Shown here piece after piece: positions 32,014 to 43,673 of a stretch of 64,000 nucleotides of DNA. The DNA comes from an uncultured delta proteobacterium (GTDB lineage Bacteria; Desulfobacterota; Desulfobacteria; Desulfobacterales; JAFDCJ01): positions 128,001 to 192,000 of the forward strand of contig CAVYNY010000035.1 in the NCBI GenBank assembly GCA_963769935.1. Direction: 5' to 3'. Numbering within the stretch: position 1 is the stretch's first letter; each line of letters begins with the position of its first letter. The notes beneath the pieces are model-generated. The model was not told where the DNA came from. It saw only the letters and a list, made by a program, of their open reading frames with translations, and ran no database searches. The translations under genes were made by a program, and so were the position numbers.

Positions 32014-33660
32014 ATGAGTCTTCCTGACCGCAACAATCCATATTCCTTTGACGCATTTCTCAATCTACTTCACAGCTTCGATTTTTACGCCGATGATCCT
32101 TTTCTGCAAAAGAGTTTAAACTATTTTGCAGGCGATGAGTTTGTCGAGCTGGATCGCAAGCTGCGGGAGTTCTCACCCAAGGTTTCCTTCCGTTGGCGGC
32201 CCTTGGCCGATAGCGGCGGTCATCCGAACAAACTGCCGCAGGTAGTGCATTACAATGCTTACAACCGCCGCATTGACCGCATTGTTCGTCCAGCTGAAAC
32301 GCTGCAACTGGAGCAGGAGATTTTCGCGGAAGGCCTTTTTTCGTCCAAGGTAACGGCCTGGGAGAACCTGGCTAAGCGGTATTTATTGCACCAGCTGGGT
32401 GAATTTGGGGTGATGTGTCCTGTCACCTGCACGGAAGGATTGGTGGCTCTGATCAAACAATTTCCCGAAGACCACATCCCCGAAGTCAAAGCCATGCTGG
32501 AGCATTGTACGCAGGGGGTTGACGGAGATTTCGGCATCGGCGCCCAGTTCATGTCCGAGATTCAGGGGGGCTCGGACATCCCGGCCAACCTTTTGGAGGC
32601 CGTTCCGGAAAATGACCACTTTCGGCTGTATGGCGCCAAGTTTTTCACCTCGGCAATCCACGCCGACTACGCCGTAGTTACAGCGAAGATCTCCGGCAGC
32701 GAGGATGTCGGTACCTTCGTGGTTCCGGCCTGGATGCCGGGCAACAAGGACAAGGAAATCCGCAATAACTTCTGCGTCAACCGCATCAAGTGGAAGATGG
32801 GCACGGCCGAGGTGCCGACCGCCGAGTTGGATTACGAAGGCGCTGTTTGCTACGCTGTCGGTCCAACGAATCGGGGGGTTGCCAACGCGGTTGGCATTGT
32901 CCTGAGCCTGTCGCGCATTTCAGTCGGCATCAACAGCGCCGCAAGCATGACCCGTGCCGCTCGTGAGGCCCAACTCTATGCGGAGTTTCGGGACGTATTC
33001 GGTGCAAAGATCGGTGAATGGGCCCTGGCCAACCAGCAAATTCGTGATTTGGTGCACGAGGCGCAACGCTGTCTGGCAGGGCTGTGCAAAATTTATGCTC
33101 TGTTTCAGGACCTGGGTGGACGTCTGCAGCCCGGCCTGGCCTCGGATGAACCGCTGGAGATAAGGCGCAGGCGTTTCCTGCTGCGGGAGTTGGTCATCAT
33201 TCAGAAACTGGTAACTGCCTATGATGCGGTAGATGTGCTCCGCAAGGGTATCAGCATTTTTGGTGGTCACGGGGTAATCGAAGATTTCTGCTCGCTGCCA
33301 CGCATATTCCGCGATGCAGCAGTTAATGAGTTGTGGGAAGGACCCCGGAACGTTCTCTTAATGCAGGTGTTTCGAGATCTGGGACGGGCGGCGGAATTTT
33401 ATCCTCACGACCGATTTTGGGGCGATCTTCTTGCAGGCGCTGTAGAGGCTGAGATAGCAGATTTAAGTCGTCGCGCCTTGGAATTCTCAGATAATCCACC
33501 ATTTCAAAAATTGGATCAAGCGTCCCGCTGTCGGGCGGCAGCCTGGGAGGAGTTCATTGTGGATGTGTTTCGGATTTACCAGGAGACAGCCCTGCGGGAA
33601 GTGGGGCCTGAGCCCATAATAGGATCAGGCAAAATGAGGATGCCGGAAATTTGGCGGTAG
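32014..33660 (+). CDS. Acyl-CoA dehydrogenase family protein (AidB-like)
   Basis: GAQFMSEIQGGSD, LYGAKFFTS, KMGTAEVPTAE and FGGHGVIE..NELWEGPRNV. Confidence 0.88.
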   Translation: MSLPDRNNPYSFDAFLNLLHSFDFYADDPFLQKSLNYFAGDEFVELDRKLREFSPKVSFRWRPLADSGGHPNKLPQVVHYNAYNRRIDRIVRPAETLQLEQEIFAEGLFSSKVTAWENLAKRYLLHQLGEFGVMCPVTCTEGLVALIKQFPEDHIPEVKAMLEHCTQGVDGDFGIGAQFMSEIQGGSDIPANLLEAVPENDHFRLYGAKFFTSAIHADYAVVTAKISGSEDVGTFVVPAWMPGNKDKEIRNNFCVNRIKWKMGTAEVPTAELDYEGAVCYAVGPTNRGVANAVGIVLSLSRISVGINSAASMTRAAREAQLYAEFRDVFGAKIGEWALANQQIRDLVHEAQRCLAGLCKIYALFQDLGGRLQPGLASDEPLEIRRRRFLLRELVIIQKLVTAYDAVDVLRKGISIFGGHGVIEDFCSLPRIFRDAAVNELWEGPRNVLLMQVFRDLGRAAEFYPHDRFWGDLLAGAVEAEIADLSRRALEFSDNPPFQKLDQASRCRAAAWEEFIVDVFRIYQETALREVGPEPIIGSGKMRMPEIWR

Positions 33661-33820
33661 CCCCTTGAGAGCGGGAGGAGTCTATTTTTAAATTGAAAAT
33701 GCAGACAATTTTCGTATAGAGTAGGGGAAAACATTTTCGTCCGAACATTATCAGTCCCCCTATTTTATAAAAAAGACTGAGCCTAGCTAAACCACAAATT
33801 AGAGGATCTGAAGCAAAGCA

Positions 33821-35326
33821 ATGAACGATAAGAAAAATCCCTATGAAGACCGGGCCCAACGCATGGTCGAGCGCTGGGCTGGAAAACGCATTGAAGCCAA
33901 TCGAAGCCATCCCTCCGTGGAAAACATTCACCAGCGAAACGTCCCGCACCCGTTTATAGATCGGGACACCGATCAAATTGTTGAACCGCAAAGAAATATT
34001 CCAGTCCTCGATGAATGTGATGTGCTCGTAATCGGAGGAGGTCCCGCCGGTCTATCGGCGGCCTTATCCGCCAGGCGCGCCGGTGCAGATACGATTTTAT
34101 TGGAGCGATACGGGTGCTTTGGCGGTGTCATCACCACCGTGGGAATGGAAACCATTGCCTGGTATCGTTATGAAGGCACTGTAGATTCCGAAGGCATCGG
34201 AGTCGAAATGGAAAAATTGGCGGCCAAAATGGGCGGTACCATTAAATGGCCGTATAACGACAGTGAATGCCTCGACGCCGATTTTTTTAAAATCGTCGCG
34301 GACCATCTCGTGACAGAAGCCAAGGTGCGCCCCTACCTGCATTCTCTTGCCACAGAAGTCATCATGGCCGGCAATGTGATTAAAGGGGTAATCACGGAAA
34401 GCAAATCGGGACGATATGCCATTCTGGCGCAGCGCGTTATCGATTGTACCGGTGATGCCGATATCGCCCATCTGGCCGGCGCGCCCTATCGCAAAACGCC
34501 GAAAGAAGAGATGATGGGAGTAACCACCGTTTTCAATTGTGCGGGCGTCAACAAAGAAAAATTTTTGCGATACACCCGGGAGAATCCCGCCACATATGCC
34601 GATTGGGGGCAAACCTGGGATCAGGAAACCACGGGCAAAGAAGACGATTTGCGGACCCCGTATCTCGGAAAGGAATTTGTTAAAGCCAAAGAGATGGGCA
34701 TTATGCCGAAAACCCTCGATACCATCAGCGGCTCGTGGTCGGCCCTCAGCGACGCCGGCGAAGCAACGAATCTCAACCTCGTCCATATGAAGGGCATCGA
34801 CTGCACCGATGTAAAGGATCTAACGAAAGCCGAAATGCAGGGAAGAAGAGAAACCCTGTATGCGTTGGAAGCGTTGAAGGCGGTGGTCCCGGGTTTTGAA
34901 AACGCCAAACTTCGCAATTTCGGGATGACCTTGGGTGGTCGGGATTCCCGCAAAATTATCGGCCGGTATTCATTAACAGAAAACGATGTTAAAAACCAAG
35001 CGCGTTTCAAAGACTCGGTCGGCATCTTTCCCGAGTTTTTAGACGGCTACAATGTGCTTATCTTACCCACCACAGGACGTTACTTTCAGGTGCCTTATGG
35101 CTGCCTGGTGCCCCAAGCGGTTGAAAATTTACTCGTGGCCGGTCGATGTGTGGCCGGCGATAAAATCTCCCATTGCGCCATGCGAAATATGATGGCATGT
35201 ACGGTAACCGGGCAAGGCGCCGGTGCGGCCGCGGCGGTATCGCTGCAGGCAGGAAAAACGACCGGTACGGTAAACATCACCAAGGTGCAGGAGGAATTGG
35301 AACGGCAAGGGGTTCGAATTCGGTAG
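33821..35326 (+). CDS. FAD-dependent oxidoreductase
   Basis: DVLVIGGGPAGLSAA, IDCTGDADIA and PYGCLVP..NLLVAGRC. Confidence 0.88.
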   Translation: MNDKKNPYEDRAQRMVERWAGKRIEANRSHPSVENIHQRNVPHPFIDRDTDQIVEPQRNIPVLDECDVLVIGGGPAGLSAALSARRAGADTILLERYGCFGGVITTVGMETIAWYRYEGTVDSEGIGVEMEKLAAKMGGTIKWPYNDSECLDADFFKIVADHLVTEAKVRPYLHSLATEVIMAGNVIKGVITESKSGRYAILAQRVIDCTGDADIAHLAGAPYRKTPKEEMMGVTTVFNCAGVNKEKFLRYTRENPATYADWGQTWDQETTGKEDDLRTPYLGKEFVKAKEMGIMPKTLDTISGSWSALSDAGEATNLNLVHMKGIDCTDVKDLTKAEMQGRRETLYALEALKAVVPGFENAKLRNFGMTLGGRDSRKIIGRYSLTENDVKNQARFKDSVGIFPEFLDGYNVLILPTTGRYFQVPYGCLVPQAVENLLVAGRCVAGDKISHCAMRNMMACTVTGQGAGAAAAVSLQAGKTTGTVNITKVQEELERQGVRIR

Positions 35327-35473
35327 CGAGCGTCCATATAAGGCAAATTGAAATCGGCTTGTTGATATTTTTACGATGAACGCCTCTGCTCAACCATTAT
35401 AGCCGTATATTTCAGATTTGGGATGGTGAAGCAGGCATCGGAAAAATACAAAATGTTGATGAGAGGAAAAATC

Positions 35474-36175
35474 TCAATTAAAAAATACCTCTACGATACT
35501 GAAATCATCGTCAAATGTTACATTTTGGGATAATTGCTGTGTATAATTCAAAAGACCGTCCAAATAAGAGTGATCTGAAGAGGAAGGTTGCGTCATAAAC
35601 TCCAAAAACTCGTTGTATCCCCAGATTGATCCATCACCTTTTGTAATATCGAAAACCCCGTCAGAAAAAATGAATAAACGTGCGGGGCTCTGAATCTCCT
35701 GGATCCTGCTTTGATAAATGGTGTCCGGTCGGCCTCCTATAATAAAGTTGGGAGTCCTCAGCTGTTTTATTTGAGCATTATCCAAAGAAAAACCGGAAAA
35801 TAATAGCGCCGGAGGGTGGCCGCCGCTGGCATATGTTAATTGGCGAGAAGATGAGCTATAAACACCATACCAAATCGTAAAAAACATATCATTTTTCTGA
35901 TCTGTGACATCTCTGGCAACTTCAACGGCACCCATGATTTTTCCTTCTGCATCCCTGATGGCTGCTGAACTGATTTCGACCAATGAGATACCGCCATCCG
36001 GCAGTGGAATATCTCTGATTCCTCTTCTTTCTCTGCCGTCCTGGAGAACGTCGAGTACCATGCAGTCACCACAGGGCTCTTTTCGATTGCGGTAGGCCGC
36101 ATAGCAATGCTCACCAATTTTTGAACCGAATAATTGAACAATGGTTTTATTTTGATATTGGAAAGATTTTGACAC
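35474..36175 (-). pseudogene. In-frame chimera: PAS domain plus C-terminal half of a SpoIIE/PP2C phosphatase
   Basis: PAS (CY..PCGDC..VARDVTDQK) joins directly to DMFFTIWYG..YASGGHPP..FSDGV..DDDFS. The N-terminal GGD and DVSGHG motifs are absent. Confidence 0.65.
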
Positions 36176-36272
36176 ATCGGCAGGATTCAGCTAAACATAT
36201 TGTTTTATATTTTCGACTTTCGTCAAATTAGCGTTTTACACCAACAAACAACAGGCAAGGAAATCATACTTC

Positions 36273-39200
36273 ATGTCATCCATTGTGCAACATGCCCCGC
36301 GGTTCAGCGCCGAAGACGCCGTCCGGGTTGCCGAAGAATTATTTGGAATCGATGTTACTGCCGGCCGGCTGCCCAGTGAGCGGGATCAAAATTTTCATCT
36401 GGCTGCCTCCGGCGGGCCGGAATATGTGCTCAAACTGGCCAACTCCACCGAACTGCCGGAAGTGCTCGATTTCCAGAATAAGGCCATGCTGCACATTGCC
36501 GCCCAGCGGGATTTATTCGACCCGATCACATCGGTTGTGCCCGTCGTGTGCGCGACAAAAAAAGGCGAGCAGATTACTTCAATCCAGGGCCCCGACGGGA
36601 CCCGTCATTTTGTGCGCCTGTTAACCTACCTGCCGGGCCGGCCGCTGGCGCTCGTTCGGCCCCATGATGCCCATTTATTGGCCAGCCTGGGAAGATTCTT
36701 CGGCAATATCGATCGTGCCCTGCAGGATTTTGACCATGCGGCCGCCCATCGCGATTTTCACTGGGATCTTAAAAATGCCGGCCGCATAATACCGCGCTAC
36801 CTTGATCTCATCGGAAGTCCGGCCGACCGGGATCTGGTCAAGGGTCTGTACGAGCGCTATCAGACGGCCGTCGAACCACAGCTGCCGGATCTGCGGCGCG
36901 GGGTGATTCACAGCGATGCCAATGACTACAACGTGCTGGTGGAAGCGGACGGCAAATGGCAGCATCAGGTGACCGGCGTGATCGATTTCGGTGATATGGT
37001 TTACACCCAGACCGTCAATGAAGTCGCGATTGCCTGTGCCTATGCCATGCTGGACAAGGCCGATCCCCTGGCGGCCGCCAAATCAATTGTCGGCGGCTAC
37101 CATCAAGTTTATCCGCTGGCCGAACCGGAACTGGCGGTTTTATTTGATTTGATCCGCATGCGCCTGTGCATGAGTGTCTGCCATTGCGCCCATCAATCCC
37201 ACCAGGAACCGGAGAATCAATACCTGCGCATTTCGGAAAAGCCGGCCTGGGCCCTTCTTCGGAGGTTGGCGGACATTCATCCGCGCCTGGCCGGCTATAT
37301 GTTTCGTAATGCCTGCGGTTTGCCGCCGGTGCCGCAGCATGGTAGGATCGTTGCCTGGCTGAAAAAAGATCCCCTGCGCTGCGGCAAAGTTGTCGATGAA
37401 GACCTGCGAGCTGAAAAACAGCTGGTGCTGGATCTGAGTGTGGGCAGTCTGCTGTTGGGCGGCGACGGCCACGGCGCCGACATGGCGGCTGTTACGGATA
37501 AACTCTTCGGCCAAATGCGGGTCGCCCATGCCGCTGTCGGCATCGGACGCTACAATGAGGCCAGGCTGGTTTATACGACCGAGCAGTTCAAAACCCAGAC
37601 CGACGAAATAGCGGAACATCGGACGATCCATCTGGGAATTGATCTATACAAGCGCAGCGGCGAGCCGGTTTATGCCCCCTTCGACGGCAGCGTCCACAGC
37701 ATCCAAAATAATACGGCGCCGCTTGACTACGGGCCCACCATTATTCTTGAGCACCAAACCGACGAGGACGATCGCTTTTATACCCTTTACGGCCATCTGA
37801 GTCCGGATTCGCTGAATGGGCTTGAAATCGGTCTGCCGATTGAAAAGGGTCGGCAAATCGCCCGGATCGGGGAGCCGAAGAGCAACGGGGGATGGCCGCC
37901 GCATCTGCATTTTCAGATTATACTGGACATGCTGGATGAGAACGGCAATTTCCCCGGCGTCGCCCGGCCGAGTGAACGTGATATCTGGCTGGGCATCTCC
38001 CCCGATCCCAATCTCGTGCTGGGCATTCCAGAAAGCTGTTTTCCCTCCGGCGGCCGGAGCAATGCTGAAATTCTAACACTGCGCCGCCGGATGCTGGGCC
38101 GCAACCTGAGCATCTCCTATAAAAATCCCTTAAAGATCGTAAGGGGCCGGGGACAGTATCTTTACACCGAAGACGGCTGGACATATCTGGATGGTGTCAA
38201 TAATGTGTGCCATGTGGGTCACTGTCATCCCCATGTCGTCCGGGCGGCTCAGCTCCAGATGCCGGTTCTCAACACCAATACGCGCTATCTGCACGACACC
38301 ATTATCGAATATGCCCGTCGTCTGCTGGCAAAATTCCCGCAACCATTGGAGGTTTGCTATTTTGTCTGTTCCGGCAGCGAAGCCAATGAGCTGGCGCTGC
38401 GCCTGGCCCGCACCTATACCGGACGGCAGGACATTATCATGGTGGACGGCGCCTACCACGGTAACACCCAGGCTTTGATCGATATCAGTCCTTACAAGCA
38501 TGATGGTTCCGGGGGGCGCGGGGCTCCGGCCTGGGCGCACAAAGTCCCCAGTCCCGACGGCTACCGGGGACCCCACAAGGGCCGCGGCCCGGAGACCGGT
38601 ATCCGCTATGCGGCCTATGTCAACGATGCGGTTCAACGGAGTCGGGTCGCGGGGCCGGGGCCGGCCGCCTTTATTTGTGAGAGTATGCTGGGCTGTGCCG
38701 GTCAGGTGGTGCTGCCGGACAACTACCTGGCTGAAGCATTCAAGCCTGTGCGGGCAGCGGGCGGGGTTTGCATCGTCGATGAGGTGCAGGTGGGTTTCGG
38801 GCGTGCCGGCACTCATTTCTGGGCCTTTGAAACCCAGGCCGTGGTGCCCGATATCGTGACGCTGGGCAAGCCGATGGGCAACGGACATCCGCTGGCGGCC
38901 GTCATTACGACGACTGCCATTGCCGATGCCTTTGACAACGGTATGGAGTATTTTAATACTTTCGGCGGCAATCCGGTATCCTGTGCCGTCGGTATGGCCG
39001 TGCTGGACGTCATTGAAAATGAAGGATTGCAGCAAAATGCCTGCCGGGCCGGCAAGCGTCTGCTGAGCGGCCTGCGGGAATTGAAGCAAAAATATCCGCT
39101 CATCGGTGATGTGCGCGGTTTGGGTCTGTATGTCGGCGTTGAACTGGTTGTAAACCGCGGGACGTTGGATCCCGCTGCCGAACAGGCCGACTATATTATC

Positions 39201-39359
39201 AATCGCATGCGCGACCACGGCATATTGATCAGCACCGACGGTCCGCTGGAGAATGTGCTGAAAATAAAACCCCCGCTCGTTTTCAGTGAGCAAAACGCGG
39301 ATGAGATTGTCGCCACGCTGGATAAAGTGCTGGGGGAGGACTGTCTGAAGGTCTGTTGA
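36273..39359 (+). CDS. APH-type kinase / M23-like / class III aminotransferase fusion (hydroxylysine kinase-phospho-lyase type)
   Basis: [18 protein letters not shown] and [37 protein letters not shown] and PLP-lysine LGKPMGNG. Confidence 0.9.
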   Translation: MSSIVQHAPRFSAEDAVRVAEELFGIDVTAGRLPSERDQNFHLAASGGPEYVLKLANSTELPEVLDFQNKAMLHIAAQRDLFDPITSVVPVVCATKKGEQITSIQGPDGTRHFVRLLTYLPGRPLALVRPHDAHLLASLGRFFGNIDRALQDFDHAAAHRDFHWDLKNAGRIIPRYLDLIGSPADRDLVKGLYERYQTAVEPQLPDLRRGVIHSDANDYNVLVEADGKWQHQVTGVIDFGDMVYTQTVNEVAIACAYAMLDKADPLAAAKSIVGGYHQVYPLAEPELAVLFDLIRMRLCMSVCHCAHQSHQEPENQYLRISEKPAWALLRRLADIHPRLAGYMFRNACGLPPVPQHGRIVAWLKKDPLRCGKVVDEDLRAEKQLVLDLSVGSLLLGGDGHGADMAAVTDKLFGQMRVAHAAVGIGRYNEARLVYTTEQFKTQTDEIAEHRTIHLGIDLYKRSGEPVYAPFDGSVHSIQNNTAPLDYGPTIILEHQTDEDDRFYTLYGHLSPDSLNGLEIGLPIEKGRQIARIGEPKSNGGWPPHLHFQIILDMLDENGNFPGVARPSERDIWLGISPDPNLVLGIPESCFPSGGRSNAEILTLRRRMLGRNLSISYKNPLKIVRGRGQYLYTEDGWTYLDGVNNVCHVGHCHPHVVRAAQLQMPVLNTNTRYLHDTIIEYARRLLAKFPQPLEVCYFVCSGSEANELALRLARTYTGRQDIIMVDGAYHGNTQALIDISPYKHDGSGGRGAPAWAHKVPSPDGYRGPHKGRGPETGIRYAAYVNDAVQRSRVAGPGPAAFICESMLGCAGQVVLPDNYLAEAFKPVRAAGGVCIVDEVQVGFGRAGTHFWAFETQAVVPDIVTLGKPMGNGHPLAAVITTTAIADAFDNGMEYFNTFGGNPVSCAVGMAVLDVIENEGLQQNACRAGKRLLSGLRELKQKYPLIGDVRGLGLYVGVELVVNRGTLDPAAEQADYIINRMRDHGILISTDGPLENVLKIKPPLVFSEQNADEIVATLDKVLGEDCLKVC

Positions 39360-39433
39360 TTTGGCGTATAGGTTATAGGCTTAATTATGATTAATTAGTC
39401 CTTTTTGGGTTCCGGCACAGCCGGCTCAGGTCT

Positions 39434-39872
39434 ATGCAAAATCAAATAAAATTGATGTCCAGGACGTTTTTGGGCTTGTGGATTTTTCTGACAGCCGTGA
39501 TTCTGGGCAACGGCTCCTGGGCAGCTGATGTCGCGGTAATCAGGGTCAAATATCGCTGGGCGTCGGAGATGCTGCCGATTGTGCAGAGCATGCGCTCACC
39601 GCGAGGTTGAAACCGGTTTTGAGGTTACACCGATCGTCGCCGGTGAAAATGTACATCTGCGGATCGTGCCCAGGATCGCCTACGGTGACCGGAACGATGC
39701 AATTATCCGCTTTTTCGGTGCGCAGACTGAATTAACCGTGCCTTTTGGGCGCTGGGTGGAAATCGGCGGGTCAAATACGCACAGCAATGAGGTCATCGAA
39801 GAAATCCTTTCCCGGGGCAGCGAAAGCAGACGCAGTTCGATGACCATGTCGCTGATGGTGGAAAAGCCCTGA
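39434..39872 (+). pseudogene. Secretin-like (type II/III secretion) small protein with an internal deletion
   Basis: Signal peptide and VIRVKYRWASEMLPIVQSM jump near 39597 to ETGFEVTP..TELTVPFGRWVEIGG. Confidence 0.55.
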
Positions 39873-39879
39873 TGGTACA

Positions 39880-40350
39880 GGGTTCGGCCCAGCCGCCGGC
39901 CACAAGCGTTCAGTCTGTTCAGATAAAAAACTTTATAATTGGAAAGAAAAAGAGGAATGGATTCTTATTTTAAAGAATATAATTGGACAGGATCAACAGG
40001 ATCGTTAGGATAATGCGGCCTTCGGCCGAAAAGCCTTTCGCCGCAGGCGAAAAAATTCCTGATAATCCTGTCTAAATGAAAATAAAAATCGAATCCATTC
40101 CACATACCTTCATTGAAGTTTCACACGAGCACCGCCGCTGGTCGCGAGCGTCCAGTCTAATCGATAAAAGAAACTTTTAGGAACTCGGACACAGTTGGAT
40201 TTAATATCACGCCCACTTTCAGGCTTCGCTCTTCGAGCTACGACCCGACAAGCCGTTAGAGCTCACAGAGACCGCGGAGAACATTTTTCTTTCGCCGCAG
40301 GCGGCTGTAACCCCAAACCTCTGTGATCTCTGAGCGCTCTGTGTGAGATG
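39880..40350. repeat. Cluster of nested palindromic/MITE-like elements
   Basis: GAATGGATTC...GAATCCATTC enclose GACAGGAT...ATCCTGTC. A duplicated CCGCYGGYC..AGCGTYCAGTCT..GATAAAA flanks them. CTCACAGAG...CTCTGTGTGAG follows. Confidence 0.7.
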
Positions 40351-40374
40351 TAGTTTCATATAAGCGTTCTCTTA

Positions 40375-40671
40375 CTAACAGTATTTCAAGCCGAATCCAA
40401 ACGAATATGGGGAGTTGTTTTCGGATAAGTACCGCCGCCATCTGACTTCGGCGAGGCAGGTTGGAACGGTAAAAATATCGGGGGCGCCGTTGATATGGAG
40501 GCGCAATTTGCGTCCCGGGCGCGGGGCATAAGCCGATTCCAGATAGACGCCATCGGCGCTGTAATTATAGATGACGCCATTATAATTGAAGCCGGTTCTA
40601 AAATCTTCTATCATAACAGGAGCTTGTACTTCAAATCGCTCGCTGCCGCGCTGGTAGGCCAATGCAATCAT
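40375..40671 (-). CDS. PilZ domain protein
   Basis: RxxxR (RGSER), NYSADG and AEVRW..GFGLKY. Confidence 0.85.
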   Translation of the reverse strand: MIALAYQRGSERFEVQAPVMIEDFRTGFNYNGVIYNYSADGVYLESAYAPRPGRKLRLHINGAPDIFTVPTCLAEVRWRRYLSENNSPYSFGFGLKYC

Positions 40672-40735
40672 TTAAGGTTTTCCCTTTATTTGATCATCCG
40701 GTTGAATCCAAATATTAAGACAGCTTTGCGGCGTG

Positions 40736-41729
40736 TCAAAGGGTAACTTGTCTCAGCGCATCAAACGTGTCGACAATATAATCCGCGCCGGCCCGTATCA
40801 TTTCCTTTCTGAGGCCGGCCTTGTCCGGTGCCGACATCAGCAGGCCGATTCCTTTATATTTTGCTTCGGATCGGGCGGCAGCCAGCATGTCATCCGGCAT
40901 GTCGCCGACATAATAACACTGGGCAAACGTTTCCCGGTGAGCTTTTGCAATCGCGTCCAGCATAAAAGGATCGGGTTTGCTCAATGATACGATCCTGTGC
41001 TCCTCGGCCAGAATTCGATTTTCTTCCCTGAGACAGTCGTCCAGGGTCATAACCATCGAAAAATATAGATTTAATTGATGATGCTTCAGCGGATATTCTG
41101 CTTCCGCTTTAGGCCGGCCGGTGGCTACGGCCAGCACATTACTTTTTGAAAGCTCAGCCAAAATGCCGCCGGTCGATAAGTACCCTTTCTCGCAGGATAA
41201 AACCGTCCCCCCGGTATACGGCGGGATCCAGGTTGTAGGTCGAGCGGAAGAGATCGGGGCCGAGGTAGATTTCCTGAAATATCTGTTTGATGATGTTGCC
41301 GCTGCCGACATCACCTTGGTGCAGGCTTTTGATAAATTCATTTTCAAGCTTCTTGTGCTGTTTTAGCAGCGATACCAGCGGCATATCCGTTGACCGCAAA
41401 AAGGCGGCCATGGGTGCTGCATCACAGCGGCGGATGTTTGCATGATACCGTTTCCAGGGGTCCCGGATTTCATGGATTGTGAATTTAGGCGTCAGAGCGA
41501 ACAGCAGCTTGATCACCAAATAAGTAAGGTCCCAGTCATTATTGAGCCCACCGCTTTGTTTGACTGCGGCCAGATCGGCCAGGTCAAAAAGCGGGTCCGG
41601 CAATTTTTCCGTTCCCCGGGCCGGTTGAAAAAACAGTCCGGCCGTATGGCGGACCACGTCCCGATAGGAAGCGGACACATCCATAATCACGCCGTCCATG
41701 TCAAATACGATCAGGTTTCTGGATTTCAT
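40736..41729 (-). CDS. HAD-family hydrolase, frameshift near 41165
   Basis: VFDMDGVIMDV, LNNDWD, ATGRP, SKPDP and YVGDMPDD. Confidence 0.85.
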
Positions 41730-41787
41730 ATCCGTACCGATTGGATAAATTAAGTATCTTTTGAGGCATGTGTATTTGGTTCTATCC

Positions 41788-41952
41788 CGGAATGTTGGAA
41801 TAGTGGAACGATGGAATAGTGGGTTTTTGATGGATTTTATCTATTCTAACTTCAAAGTCAGAATGAACTTTGCCATTTACCCAATATTGCAGTATTCCAA
41901 GACCCATTCTTCCAATATTCCAACTTTCCACAGTTCCAATTGAGGCGAAGCC
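41788..41952. repeat. Palindromic element built of TGGAA-type octamer repeats
   Basis: TGGAATAG-TGGAACGA-TGGAATAG with opposing TTCCA arrays, ending in GCGAAGCC. Confidence 0.65.
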
Positions 41953-41953
41953 A

Positions 41954-42664
41954 CTAACTTGTTTTTACAATATCTAAAACTTCGGTCAAAGACTGCACAA
42001 AGTGATAATTTTTCCGGGCATATTTTATTTGTTTTTTCCCGGTCCTGTCCACCAGCACCGGAATTTTAGCCCAATCCAAAAGCGGTATATCCGTATATCC
42101 ATCCCCCACGGCCATGCACCGGCCGGGATCGATCCGCTGTTCAACCAGAAATCTGACTTTATCCTCCGGGTTGGGGATGTGCAGGGTCATACCGTCGATT
42201 CGTCCGTTTATGGTTTCAAACCGGTTTCCGGCGATGGTCGCAAAGCAACCGGCCAACCCCGCATTTTCAAGGGTGCGTTCACTCAAATTCACTGTTCCAC
42301 AGCTTAATACCACCATAGAGTGGCCCTCTTTTGCCAGTCGCACCAACGCCGCCCGGTCGGCACCGGAGATCCGATCGGACAATCGCCTGCAAACCGGCTC
42401 AAGTATATCTACGGCCGTCCCCTTCATCAGCCAAATGTAAAATCTTTTAAATACTTTTCGCAGATTCTCCTTTTGATCGGCATAAAGCAGTATCCGGGCG
42501 AGGTTACGGATGAAAAACGGTATTTTTTCGCCGGACTCATACAACTTGTACATCATCAGAGACTGTTCGCTGTCATAGGGATCATTCGGCAGCAGAGTCC
42601 CGTCAAAGTCCCATATGATTTTACATTTCCCCACTTTTACCGCGCTATGGCCTTTCAGTAACAT
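41954..42664 (-). CDS. HAD-IB family phosphatase (SerB-like)
   Basis: WDFDGTL, VLSCG and AVGDGYTDIPLL. Confidence 0.85.
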   Translation of the reverse strand: MLLKGHSAVKVGKCKIIWDFDGTLLPNDPYDSEQSLMMYKLYESGEKIPFFIRNLARILLYADQKENLRKVFKRFYIWLMKGTAVDILEPVCRRLSDRISGADRAALVRLAKEGHSMVVLSCGTVNLSERTLENAGLAGCFATIAGNRFETINGRIDGMTLHIPNPEDKVRFLVEQRIDPGRCMAVGDGYTDIPLLDWAKIPVLVDRTGKKQIKYARKNYHFVQSLTEVLDIVKTS

Positions 42665-42702
42665 GCAAACCCTTCTTTAGGTTTCCAAAATTGAAAATTA
42701 AG

Positions 42703-43281
42703 TCAGGATGTGCTCGGCTGAATTCCATCTTTCCAGTCCCGGTACTCCGCCAATTCTTTCTGCAGGGAGTTGATGATGGCCGACAATACGGCGTAATCAT
42801 CCAGCAGACCGACAACCGGTATGTAGTCCGGTATTAAATCCAGCGGGATGATGAAATACAGCAACCCGCCGCCGATGAGACCGATGAGGGCCGGATGCAG
42901 ATTGTATTTCCCTTTAACCGAATCCACGAAAAGGCCGTACAGGTTTTTCAAATTTTCCAGGATCTGCCTCAGAGCAGGGGAGGCTTTTTCTACTTTCTTC
43001 CAGAATGCCGTTGCATCTAAAACCTTGCCGAAATCCTTGCCCCGGGTATAACGCAATACTCTGTCATATTGCCGGCGTCTGTCCGGATCGCTCAAGGTAT
43101 AAAAAGCCTGGTTCAAACTCTTGGTCGTTTCCTCGGCCTCATTAAGCCGGTCAAGGTTCTTGTCCGGATGCCATTCCTTCAGCTTATTACGGTAGGCCTG
43201 CTTTATTTCTGCAGAATCTGCCTTGGGATCGATTCCCAACAATTCGTAGTAATCAACAATCTTATTCGAGGTTTTGTTCAT
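42703..43281 (-). CDS. DnaJ domain plus DUF1232 (YkvA) protein
   Basis: DYYELLGI..WHPDKN J-domain and YFIIPLDLIPDYIPVVGLLDD. Confidence 0.9.
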   Translation of the reverse strand: MNKTSNKIVDYYELLGIDPKADSAEIKQAYRNKLKEWHPDKNLDRLNEAEETTKSLNQAFYTLSDPDRRRQYDRVLRYTRGKDFGKVLDATAFWKKVEKASPALRQILENLKNLYGLFVDSVKGKYNLHPALIGLIGGGLLYFIIPLDLIPDYIPVVGLLDDYAVLSAIINSLQKELAEYRDWKDGIQPSTS

Positions 43282-43673
43282 GGAATAATATCCTGTACTT
43301 TCTAAAATTAGCGGGTCTGAAATTCGAAAGCGGCTTATCTATCGCGGGAGCTTTCAATTTCAACCGATTTGCTTTCATTAGTTGAGGAAAAGATCAAAGT
43401 CAATTATTTCGTACAGATCGAATTCTCACTTTATTTTAATATAAAAAAAATGCAATGCTAACATTTTCTATTGAAAATAGCGATTGAACATTTTCCGGCA
43501 GCATGCAATGAGAATTTGAAGACTTTCTCCAGATTTATGTTGCTTTTCACTTCGTTTATGGTATCAATTTTTGTAGCCGAATTTTCGATCTATAATTATA
43601 TTTCCTGTGAAATTAAGGCATTGACTGTTAATTGGATCAATCAACAACATTAAACCTAAAAAGGAGGCAAACA

